From: an uncultured Actinomycetes bacterium | GTDB taxonomy: Bacteria; Actinomycetota; Acidimicrobiia; Acidimicrobiales; RAAP-2 | Direction of reading: 5' to 3' | NCBI GenBank assembly: GCA_903825305.1 | Contig: CAIKAC010000023.1 | Location: 20,464-84,463 of the forward strand | Length of the DNA stretch: 64,000 nucleotides | In this document: piece by piece, positions 8,639 through 16,593 of the stretch | Layout: each line of letters begins with the position of its first letter | Numbering within the stretch: position 1 is the first letter of the stretch | The notes under the pieces: model-generated | Told to the model about the DNA's origin: nothing | What the model saw: the letters and a program-made list of their open reading frames with translations, nothing else | The model's database searches: none | Position numbers and translations under genes: made by a program

Positions 8639-9383
8639 GTGGTGGCAGCTCCATGTGCTTCTTGGGGTGGGGGACGAAGCGAGTCCCTTTGGCCCTCAAT
8701 CTTGCTGCATGAGCGTAGATGCCAAGTGACACCTTTTGTGTCGGTGTCTGCGTAAGCAGTTTGACCAGATTGCCATTCGTGAGTGGCATGCGCTTGGCCT
8801 GCATGCTGGCTCCAAAGGCGACGGACCCAGTGGAGTCAAGGAGATCGAGGCCGAGGCTGATGTGGTCGTGAGGCAGGCTTGCGTGGAACCGATAAGTGAA
8901 ATCCATCTCAAAAAAAGGCGAGACATGGAGGGCTTTTGGAAAGGTCCACGGCTGTTGAGTTGAGTCGACCCAAGGCAAAACGTATGCATGGTGTTCATGC
9001 CATGGCGTGTTGGTGACGCTGAGCACGAGGGCTACACAGCCGCCCTCGCGGTTAAAGCACCAATAGGTAACGATGGGATTGAAGCACCACCACAGGGTTC
9101 TGAGACTGGCCAGCATGACCACGGAGCCCGTCACCGAGATGCCGAGGCGAGTCTTCACGAGATCGCACACATCATCTTTGAGTGCGTGGGTCGGATCTCC
9201 CAAGTAGTCGGCTCTGCGCCACTGGATAGGTCGAGATGGACCGCGACCAAGAAGGGGTGAGACATCGTCGAGTTCATCGAGATGGTCAAGATTGATACAG
9301 GCCATAATTGCGCGCTGGCGCAGGAGATGGTCAGGGGCGTATCGATGGTGCGTTATGCGTGCGTCATAGAGGGCATGGTGCAT
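8622..9383 (-). CDS. DUF1365 family protein
   Basis: The N-terminus LYDARITHHRYAPDHLLRQRAIMACINLDHLDEL matches the DUF1365 signature. The gene overlaps cfa by 17 nt and the upstream oxidoreductase by 1 nt. Confidence 0.8.
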   Translation of the reverse strand: MHHALYDARITHHRYAPDHLLRQRAIMACINLDHLDELDDVSPLLGRGPSRPIQWRRADYLGDPTHALKDDVCDLVKTRLGISVTGSVVMLASLRTLWWCFNPIVTYWCFNREGGCVALVLSVTNTPWHEHHAYVLPWVDSTQQPWTFPKALHVSPFFEMDFTYRFHASLPHDHISLGLDLLDSTGSVAFGASMQAKRMPLTNGNLVKLLTQTPTQKVSLGIYAHAARLRAKGTRFVPHPKKHMELPPHGPRD

Positions 9384-10639
9384 TAGTCATGCCCCAACGC
9401 ATCGGCCACACGCCGGGCCGATCGCGCTCCGTCTTCGTGGAAGCCGTTGAACCAATAGGCACCGGCAAACCAGGTGCGGCGTGTTCCGTTGATGTCGCGC
9501 CAGCGATGCTGAGCACGGAGTGCATCACCGTTAAAGACGGGATGGACATAGTCCCGTTGCTTGAGTACTCGCTGTGGAGCAATGTCTCGATCGCAGTTCA
9601 AGGTAACGAGCGCCGGACTCGGTGCATCGAGTCGTTGCAGCAAGTTCATCCAATAGGTCAAGGTTGCTTGGGTGCTGTCGCCAGATTGGCGGTGGTAATT
9701 CCATGCGCCCCAGGCCTTTCGTGATTGTGGCATGAGCGTGGTGTCGGTATGGAGGGTCACCGCATTGGGAATGGTGGTGAAGCAACTCAAGACACTACGT
9801 TCGATCTCGCTCGCGTCACCCAAGAGCGACAAAGCAATGGGGGCGGGAACGGCAAATACGACATGGTCAAAAGATTCGCTTGAGCTTCCCGATGAGATGC
9901 TTACCCCGTGATCGTGGCGAAGCACCCTGTCTATGGGGCTATTGACTCTCGAGGCAAAACGCCCCGATGCTTGCATCCGTTCTACATAGGTTCGCGAACC
10001 ACCCACGATGGTTTCCCAGGTTGGTCGCTCGCGAAAATCCAAAATTCCGTGGTTGCTGAAAAATCGCAAGAGCGAAGCAGCGGGATAGTCAAGGAAATGC
10101 TGAGGATCGGCAGACCAAATCGAGGCCCCAAAGGGAATCAGATAGGCATTGGCGAGTTGGTCACTAAAGCTGTGGAGCTCCAAGTACTCAGCCATGCTCA
10201 TTTCTTCTGACAACTTCCCGTGGGTGAGCGCATGACGGCCAACTCGCCCGAAGCGAAGAATTTCACGCATCAATTTCAAAAAACGCGGCCGAAGCAGATT
10301 GCGAGGTTGAGACAAGATGCCACGGATGCCGTCACGCCCACAGAATTCCCATCCTTCTACGTCATCCATCACTCCAAAAGACATATCGGTGGCCTGAGAT
10401 TCAACGCCAAGTTCTTGGAGGAGATCACAAAACAAGGGATAGGTCCTGCGATTGAAGACAATGAAACCGGTATCAACGTGTTGCTTCGTTCCGTCAATGG
10501 TGACGTGATGAGTGTCGACGTGCCCACCTAAGCGACCGTGACGCTCAAAGACGGTGACGTCATAACGTTCTCCGAGCCAATAGGCGCAGGCCAATCCGGA
10601 AATTCCAGATCCAATGACTGCAACGCTTTCTTTGGGCAT
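9383..10639 (-). CDS. NAD(P)/FAD-dependent oxidoreductase (amine oxidase / phytoene desaturase-like)
   Basis: Dinucleotide-binding motif VAVIGSGISGLACAYWL...VTVFERHGRLGGH. It is the first gene of the oxidoreductase-DUF1365-cfa trio. Confidence 0.85.
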   Translation of the reverse strand: MPKESVAVIGSGISGLACAYWLGERYDVTVFERHGRLGGHVDTHHVTIDGTKQHVDTGFIVFNRRTYPLFCDLLQELGVESQATDMSFGVMDDVEGWEFCGRDGIRGILSQPRNLLRPRFLKLMREILRFGRVGRHALTHGKLSEEMSMAEYLELHSFSDQLANAYLIPFGASIWSADPQHFLDYPAASLLRFFSNHGILDFRERPTWETIVGGSRTYVERMQASGRFASRVNSPIDRVLRHDHGVSISSGSSSESFDHVVFAVPAPIALSLLGDASEIERSVLSCFTTIPNAVTLHTDTTLMPQSRKAWGAWNYHRQSGDSTQATLTYWMNLLQRLDAPSPALVTLNCDRDIAPQRVLKQRDYVHPVFNGDALRAQHRWRDINGTRRTWFAGAYWFNGFHEDGARSARRVADALGHD

Positions 10640-10732
10640 TCTTCTCCTCTGAGGCTGATGGCCTTCGCACCGACGCTATCGCCCGACTGCCCGGCATAGG
10701 CTCGCGAGCCCTGAACACTACGATGCGTAACC

Positions 10733-11512
10733 GTGGGAATCCTTGTGGCATCAGTCTCGACGACCGTAACTTCGGGGTCACTGGTGTTGGCGATCCCCAT
10801 TGCCTTCATGGCAGGGCTCTTGTCATTTTTGTCTCCATGCGTCTTGCCGCTCCTTCCTGGTTACCTGTCGTTTCTCGGAGGGGCGGTGGGGGCCGGTGCA
10901 AGTGGTGGCAGCCAAGAGATTTCTCGGTCTCGTGTGGTTCTTGGAGCTTTGGCCTTCGTTGCGGGGTTCACCATTGTGTTCGTGTCCTTCGGCGCAGCGT
11001 TCGGCGAGGTGGGACGAGTGTTCCATCGAGACCAGCGAGTGCTGGCGATCATCTTTGGCACCCTCACTGTGTTGCTCGGTCTTTTTTTCGCGGGAGCGAT
11101 TCCTGGGCTCTCGTTATTGAATCGCGATGTCCGCGTCCACTGGTTGCCTAAGGCCACTGTGGGCGGGGCGTTTTTGCTGGGCTTGTTGTTTTCTCTGGGT
11201 TGGACGCCCTGCATCGGACCAACGCTGGCCGCAATTTTGGGCCTATCCGCTTCGGCGGGAAGCTCCGCAGCGCGAGGGTCCTTCCTCACGGTTTTTTACT
11301 GCCTGGGGCTTGGGATTCCCTTCATTCTCGCGGCACTGGTCACCACTCGGGTCCAGGTCGTCACGAGATTCTTGTCTCGCCACGCCGTCTGGGTGATGCG
11401 CATTGGGGGAGGCATGCTCATCGTTGTTGGCTTGCTTGAAGTGACGGGCTTGTGGGGATCACTCGTGACCAGCATTCAAGATCACTTTTCAGGCTTTAAC
11501 GTGCCCCTCTAG
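10733..11512 (+). CDS. ccdA: cytochrome c biogenesis protein CcdA (DsbD-family thiol-disulfide electron transfer membrane protein)
   Basis: LSFLSPCVLPLLPGYLSFL and GWTPCIGP motifs, six hydrophobic segments. Confidence 0.85.
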   Translation: MGILVASVSTTVTSGSLVLAIPIAFMAGLLSFLSPCVLPLLPGYLSFLGGAVGAGASGGSQEISRSRVVLGALAFVAGFTIVFVSFGAAFGEVGRVFHRDQRVLAIIFGTLTVLLGLFFAGAIPGLSLLNRDVRVHWLPKATVGGAFLLGLLFSLGWTPCIGPTLAAILGLSASAGSSAARGSFLTVFYCLGLGIPFILAALVTTRVQVVTRFLSRHAVWVMRIGGGMLIVVGLLEVTGLWGSLVTSIQDHFSGFNVPL

Positions 11513-11527
11513 CAAGGACCGCGCAAC

Positions 11528-11920
11528 TCAGGTGCAGGTGAACGGAATGTTCTGCGGCGTAACGCTCTGAGCTTGAGGCCGAAGCAACGATCGGGTGACG
11601 GAGATTGATTCGGTTTGTCCTGCAGCGAGGGTGAGCGTTACGCGGCGTGGATAGGCCAGCGGATCGGCGGGCTCCAACACGCCGATCAAGCACGTGATCG
11701 TGGCCGTGTGGTCAGACAAGTTAGTCACCGTTCCTGAAATTTTGAGGGTGCTCGGATTAATCACCGTGAGAGACGTCACCGTGACGGCAGTTGGAGTTTT
11801 GGTTGAGTGATGAAGCGCGTGGTACACCACATTGCCGATCAGGAGTGAGAAGAATCCCACGACGGCGATGACCACGGCAGCTATGGCGATACGAAACGGA
11901 GTCTGAGACGGCTGGGCCAT
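11528..11920 (-). CDS. hypothetical membrane-anchored small protein (130 aa) with a predicted beta-rich ectodomain and two Cys
   Basis: N-terminal TM segment (IAIAAVVIAVVGFFSLLIGNVV) followed by a Thr/Val-rich domain with TITC...FTCT. Convergent with ccdA across a 15-nt gap. Confidence 0.5.
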   Translation of the reverse strand: MAQPSQTPFRIAIAAVVIAVVGFFSLLIGNVVYHALHHSTKTPTAVTVTSLTVINPSTLKISGTVTNLSDHTATITCLIGVLEPADPLAYPRRVTLTLAAGQTESISVTRSLLRPQAQSVTPQNIPFTCT

Positions 11921-11931
11921 GATTCAACGGT

Positions 11932-11949
11932 ATCGGATCAGAATCCGAT
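11932..11949. promoter_or_regulatory. perfect inverted repeat ATCGGAT-CAGA-ATCCGAT in a divergent promoter region
   Basis: Read directly from the sequence. It lies 11 nt upstream of the 11920 start and 45 nt upstream of the ABC exporter start. Confidence 0.2.
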
Positions 11950-11993
11950 CTCATCCCTACGATGGATGCAGAGTCTGAACGCGAGGTACTGAT

Positions 11994-13895
11994 ATGTCTA
12001 TGCATTCAATGGGAGGTGGCGGCGGGGCGTGGTCCGGGATGAAGTCGCTGCGCAAGGACGCCTCGGTGAAACATCATCGGATTGCGAAAGGAACCATCAA
12101 GCGCATTCTCTCGTTCTCGCGGCCCTATCGATCATCACTCGTGGTCTTTTTGATCGCTGTGATTATCGACGCGGTCATCGTTTCGATTAATCCACTGATT
12201 TTGCGAGCCATTATCGACAAGGGGATTATGGGTCGAAATGCTGGTCTCGTTGTCACCTTGGCTCTCGTAGTCGCAGGTATCGCGATTGCCGACGCTGGAC
12301 TCTCTATCGTCCAACGCTGGATTTCAGCAGTCATTGGTGAACGCTTGATATTTGACATGAGGGCCAAAGTATTTGCCCACATTCAAGAGATGCCCATCGC
12401 ATTTTTTTCTCGCACGCAAACCGGTGCCTTGATTAGCCGTTTGAATAACGACATCATCGGGGCGCAGCAGGCATTTACTGACCTGCTGAGCAATGTGGTG
12501 GGAAACATCATTTTGGTGGCCATCACCTTGGCGGCGATGTTTTTCTTGTCCTGGCCCATCACGCTGGTTGCCCTCGTGTTGCTACCCGTTTTCTTGATTC
12601 CCGCTCGGCGCATGGGCCAAAAGCTCGGAACCCTGATGCGAGAGGGCTTCGGGCTCAACGCAGAGATGAATCAGATGATGACGGAACGCTTCAACGTTTC
12701 AGGAGCCATGCTCGCGAAGCTCTATGGCAACCCCGAGTCTGAATTGACGAGGTTTAATGCCAAAGCGGGGCGAGTGCGCGACATCGGCATAACGCAAGCG
12801 GCGTATCAGCGAATCTTCTTTGTCTGCCTGTCGCTCACTGCATCACTGGCTACGGCCTTTGTGTACGGATTCGGAGGAATCGCGGCACTCCACGGAGCAT
12901 TGATCATCGGTACCTTGGTGGCGCTGACTGCCTATCTTGCGAGGCTCTATGGCCCCTTGACTGCCTTGAGTTCGCTGCAAGTCGATGTGATGTCAACCGT
13001 AGTGTCCTTTGAGCGTGTCTTCGAGGTGCTCGATCTTCAACCCATGATTGTGGATGCTGTCGATGCCCTCGAGATCCCTGATGGCCCAGCGACCGTGTCC
13101 TTCGACTCGGTGTCGTTCCGTTACCCCACGGCTGATCAAGTGTCACTTGCCAGCCTCGAAAGCGTGGCTGCTCTCGATAGGACGGCGAATGCCATTGCGC
13201 TCGAGGACGTGAGTTTTGTCGTGGAACCCGGGACGATGACCGCCATCGTGGGGCCATCGGGTGCGGGTAAAACCACTCTGTCGATGCTGCTGCCTCGGTT
13301 GTACGACGTGACCGGTGGATCAATCAGCATTAATGGGATGGACATTAAGAGCGCAACGATTGAATCGGTGCGCTCGGCAATTGGCGTCGTAACCCAAGAT
13401 GCTCACCTCTTTCATGAGACCCTCGGAGCTAATTTGCGTTTTGCTCGAGAGGATGCGACGGATGAAGAACTTGAAGAGGCACTGCGTCTCGCCCAGTTAG
13501 GCGACTTGCTGGCAGGTCTTCCCGATGGACTCGAAACTGTAGTGGGCGAGCGCGGCTATCGACTCAGTGGCGGTGAGAAGCAGCGGGTTGCCATTGCGCG
13601 GCTACTGCTGAAGGCTCCCCGCATTGTCATTCTCGATGAGGCGACTGCGCACCTTGACTCTGAATCGGAAGTAGCGGTTCAGCGAGCGCTCGATCAGACG
13701 TTTGCCGGCAGAACGGCAATCGTGATTGCACACCGACTCTCCACCGTTCGCGGTGCCGATCAGATCTTGGTGCTTGATGCTGGCCGAGTGGTTGAACGCG
13801 GCACCCACGCCGAATTACTTCGTTTGGGCGGCCTATACGCCGAACTGTATGAAACACAATTTGCGAACGAATCGCCAACCGCTGATCTTGGCTAG
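11994..13895 (+). CDS. ABC transporter, fused permease/ATP-binding exporter (MsbA/MdlB type)
   Basis: Six-TM ABC exporter domain followed by Walker A GPSGAGKTT, signature LSGGEKQR and Walker B IVILDEAT. Confidence 0.9.
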   Translation: MSMHSMGGGGGAWSGMKSLRKDASVKHHRIAKGTIKRILSFSRPYRSSLVVFLIAVIIDAVIVSINPLILRAIIDKGIMGRNAGLVVTLALVVAGIAIADAGLSIVQRWISAVIGERLIFDMRAKVFAHIQEMPIAFFSRTQTGALISRLNNDIIGAQQAFTDLLSNVVGNIILVAITLAAMFFLSWPITLVALVLLPVFLIPARRMGQKLGTLMREGFGLNAEMNQMMTERFNVSGAMLAKLYGNPESELTRFNAKAGRVRDIGITQAAYQRIFFVCLSLTASLATAFVYGFGGIAALHGALIIGTLVALTAYLARLYGPLTALSSLQVDVMSTVVSFERVFEVLDLQPMIVDAVDALEIPDGPATVSFDSVSFRYPTADQVSLASLESVAALDRTANAIALEDVSFVVEPGTMTAIVGPSGAGKTTLSMLLPRLYDVTGGSISINGMDIKSATIESVRSAIGVVTQDAHLFHETLGANLRFAREDATDEELEEALRLAQLGDLLAGLPDGLETVVGERGYRLSGGEKQRVAIARLLLKAPRIVILDEATAHLDSESEVAVQRALDQTFAGRTAIVIAHRLSTVRGADQILVLDAGRVVERGTHAELLRLGGLYAELYETQFANESPTADLG

Positions 13896-14680
13896 CGCTG
13901 AGGAGTAATCGCGCCGATGGCGTGGATACCGCCGTCAACGTGGAGCATCTCGCCGGTAGTGGCCGGAAACAAATCACTCAACAGCGCTACCGTGGCCGAA
14001 GCAACCGGACCGGCGTCGCTGACATCCCACCCCAAGGGGGCACCCGCAGCCCAGGTGTCTTCGAAGGTGGCAAAACCAGGAATGGACTTGGCGGCCATGG
14101 TGCGGATGGGTCCGGCTGCGACAAGGTTGACTCGAATGCCCTGAGGCCCAAGGTCACGGGCCAAGTAGCGAGTCAACGATTCGAGGCCCGCTTTCGCCAC
14201 GCCCATCCAGTCATACAGCGGCCATGCCACGGTGGCGTCAAAGTCGAGGCCGACGACTGACGCAGAACCAGCCGCCTCAAGAAGCGGCAAGAAGCCGCGG
14301 CAGAGGGCGGCAAGCGAATAGGTGGAAATGGTGAAGGCAGTTGACACGTCGCTAGCCGAAGCCTTGAGCATGCCTGAGCCCAAGCAGTCTTCGGGGGCAA
14401 AGCCAATGGCGTGCACGAGGCCATCGAGTCGCGGCGTCAACGCTGCTACATCGCGAGCAGCTGTCGTCAGTTGTTCTTCGTCCGTGACGTCGAGTTCGAT
14501 GAGTGCTGGCTCCACGGGAAGTTTGCGAATTACGCGTTTGGTGAGCGAAAGGCCACGACCAAATCCGCTCGCAATCACGGTTGCTCCCTCTTGCTGAGCT
14601 CGCTCAGCAATAGAAAAGGCCAAGGAGGCATCGGTGAGGATGCCGGTAACCAAAATGCACTTGCCATCAAGAAGTCCCAT
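13892..14680 (-). CDS. fabI: enoyl-[acyl-carrier-protein] reductase, NADH-dependent (FabI/InhA type)
   Basis: LLDGKCILVTGILTDASLAFSIA at the N-terminus, Y...K catalytic region (YDWMGVAKAGLES) and AGPIRTMAAKSI. Confidence 0.85.
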   Translation of the reverse strand: MGLLDGKCILVTGILTDASLAFSIAERAQQEGATVIASGFGRGLSLTKRVIRKLPVEPALIELDVTDEEQLTTAARDVAALTPRLDGLVHAIGFAPEDCLGSGMLKASASDVSTAFTISTYSLAALCRGFLPLLEAAGSASVVGLDFDATVAWPLYDWMGVAKAGLESLTRYLARDLGPQGIRVNLVAAGPIRTMAAKSIPGFATFEDTWAAGAPLGWDVSDAGPVASATVALLSDLFPATTGEMLHVDGGIHAIGAITPQR

Positions 14681-14724
14681 ACGATCAGGCTAACGCTTAG
14701 AGACAACCTGAGAGGTGTGCGAAC

Positions 14725-15387
14725 ATGGCTGCTATGAACATCGCCATTATTGGAGGAACAGGGCCTGCGGGTCGAGGACTCGCGATCCGAAGCGCAGCTG
14801 CTGGGCATCAGGTTACGATCGGATCTCGAGAAGCCGACCGTGCACAAGAGGTTGCAGCGGCACTTCTCGAGGCGAACGCCCCGGTGCCGGGAGGCATTTC
14901 AGGCGCGGCGAACGAAGATCTCGCTGCCGGTGCTGATCTCATTGTCGTTGCGACCCCATGGGATGGGGCCGTGGCCACCGTGTCGAAGTTGCGTGAACAA
15001 CTTGAAGGTCGAGTTGTCGTCTCCATGGTGAACGCGCTGATGAAAGAGGGCCGAGAGATGCTGCCGCTGTATCCACCGCGCGGCTCGATGGCTGGACAGA
15101 TCGCCGCCGCACTGCCCGGCGCGAAGGTCGCAGCAGCATTTCACCATTTGCCAGCAGCCGACATGGAAAAGCTCGATTCGGGACTCGAAGCAGACGTGTT
15201 GGTGTGCGGTGACGCTGTAGAGGCCAAAGAAGCAACCGTTGCGCTCATTAACTCGATTGATGGTCTGCGCGGTATTGACGCTGGAAGTTTGGCGCAGGCC
15301 TCGCCCATTGAGGCATTCACTGCAGTGTGCATCACGATGAATATCAAGCACAAGGCACACTCGACCTTGCGCATTGCTGGTCTCTAG
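14725..15387 (+). CDS. npdG: NADPH-dependent F420 reductase (NpdG/Fno family)
   Basis: MNIAIIGGTGPAGRGLA...GHQVTIGSR Rossmann N-terminus and the length are typical of the F420:NADP oxidoreductase family. Confidence 0.7.
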   Translation: MAAMNIAIIGGTGPAGRGLAIRSAAAGHQVTIGSREADRAQEVAAALLEANAPVPGGISGAANEDLAAGADLIVVATPWDGAVATVSKLREQLEGRVVVSMVNALMKEGREMLPLYPPRGSMAGQIAAALPGAKVAAAFHHLPAADMEKLDSGLEADVLVCGDAVEAKEATVALINSIDGLRGIDAGSLAQASPIEAFTAVCITMNIKHKAHSTLRIAGL

Positions 15388-15393
15388 ACAGCC

Positions 15394-16515
15394 GTGAGCG
15401 TTCATCTCTACGATTCGCGTCGCCGAGGGATTTTCCCCATCGAGGCAACGAATACTGCGACGCTGTACAGCTGCGGGATCACGCCGTATGACTCGGCGCA
15501 CCTTGGTCACGCTTTTGTGTACTTGGTCTTCGATGTATTGGTTCGTCGCCTCCAAGACGATGGGATTGCCACTCGCTTAGTTCGAAACGTAACGGACGTA
15601 GACGACGACATTTTGCGGAAGGCTCGATCTTTGGGCGTGCACTATCTGGATCTCGCGGCTGAGCAGATGGTGATTTTTGACAAGGCGATGAAATCGTTGG
15701 GTTTGCTCGACGCCGCTGTTGAACCACGGGCTACGTCGGCGATCTCGGAAATTTTGAGTCTGATTGATGCTGCGTTTGTGGCCGGGGCGGCCTACGCCGA
15801 AGGCGGCGCCGTGTATTTCGATGTCTCGCGATTCCCGGATTTTGGCGAGGTGTCGGGCTACGACCGCGATCGCATGCTGGAGTTGGCTGCTGAGCACGGG
15901 GGGAACGTCGACGACCCGAACAAGCGCGACCCCTTGGACTTTGTGCTGTGGCAACCGAGTTTGCCAGATGAGCCAGCATGGGAATCGCGGTGGGGGCCAG
16001 GTCGTCCCGGATGGCACATTGAATGTTCAGCATTGGCACTTCGAGAGCTTGGGGAGACCATCGATGTCCACGGTGGTGGGCGTGACTTGATCTTTCCTCA
16101 CCACGAATGTGAAACGGCGCAGTCTGAAACGGCAACGGGGGAGCCCTTTGTTCGTCATTGGCTTCACGTCGGTCTCGTCGGCCTTGAGGGCACCAAGATG
16201 AGCAAGTCTTTGGGCAACTTGGTCTTCGTAGAGGACTTGATTGCACGCAGTGAATGTGCGGCAGTTCGAATCGCCTTGCTCGAACACCACTATCGAGACG
16301 ACTGGTCTTGGACTGATGAGATGCTGGGAGAAGCGGTCAATCGGCTGGCCTCATGGCGATCCGTGTCGGGCGATGACCTTTCGCTGCTCGACGAAGTTCG
16401 AGCCTGCATCGACAACGACCTCGACACCCCAGGCGCACTTCGTGCCATCGATGGTGGCGTGGCGCAGGGTCGTGGTGCTCGCTCGGCAGCGGCTTTGCTC
16501 GGCATCAATCTTTAG
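15394..16515 (+). CDS. mshC: L-cysteine:1D-myo-inositol 2-amino-2-deoxy-alpha-D-glucopyranoside ligase (mycothiol ligase)
   Basis: Class I aaRS-like HIGH (SAHLGHAF) and KMSKS motifs. MshC-specific blocks match M. tuberculosis MshC: GYDRDRMLELAAEHGGN, LDFVLWQ, WGPGRPGWHIECSALA, GGGRDLIFPHHE, LDTPGALRAID. Confidence 0.85.
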   Translation: MSVHLYDSRRRGIFPIEATNTATLYSCGITPYDSAHLGHAFVYLVFDVLVRRLQDDGIATRLVRNVTDVDDDILRKARSLGVHYLDLAAEQMVIFDKAMKSLGLLDAAVEPRATSAISEILSLIDAAFVAGAAYAEGGAVYFDVSRFPDFGEVSGYDRDRMLELAAEHGGNVDDPNKRDPLDFVLWQPSLPDEPAWESRWGPGRPGWHIECSALALRELGETIDVHGGGRDLIFPHHECETAQSETATGEPFVRHWLHVGLVGLEGTKMSKSLGNLVFVEDLIARSECAAVRIALLEHHYRDDWSWTDEMLGEAVNRLASWRSVSGDDLSLLDEVRACIDNDLDTPGALRAIDGGVAQGRGARSAAALLGINL

Positions 16516-16593
16516 ATCACTCAATGGCGCTGTGTCCGTTAGCCTGATCTGACGTTTCCAACTGCGCCCATCGTGAGGGCGAGAAAGGCAGCT

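Noticed and set aside
14899-15555. A 218-aa reverse-strand ORF spanning npdG and mshC.
   Set aside because: It is antisense to two genes with clear family motifs, and no motif of its own is recognisable.
16516-16593. A possible T-box or other leader upstream of thrS.
   Set aside because: The interval is only 78 nt. I found no specifier-loop/T-box consensus or terminator/antiterminator pair, only a weak 5-bp GATCA/TGATC repeat.
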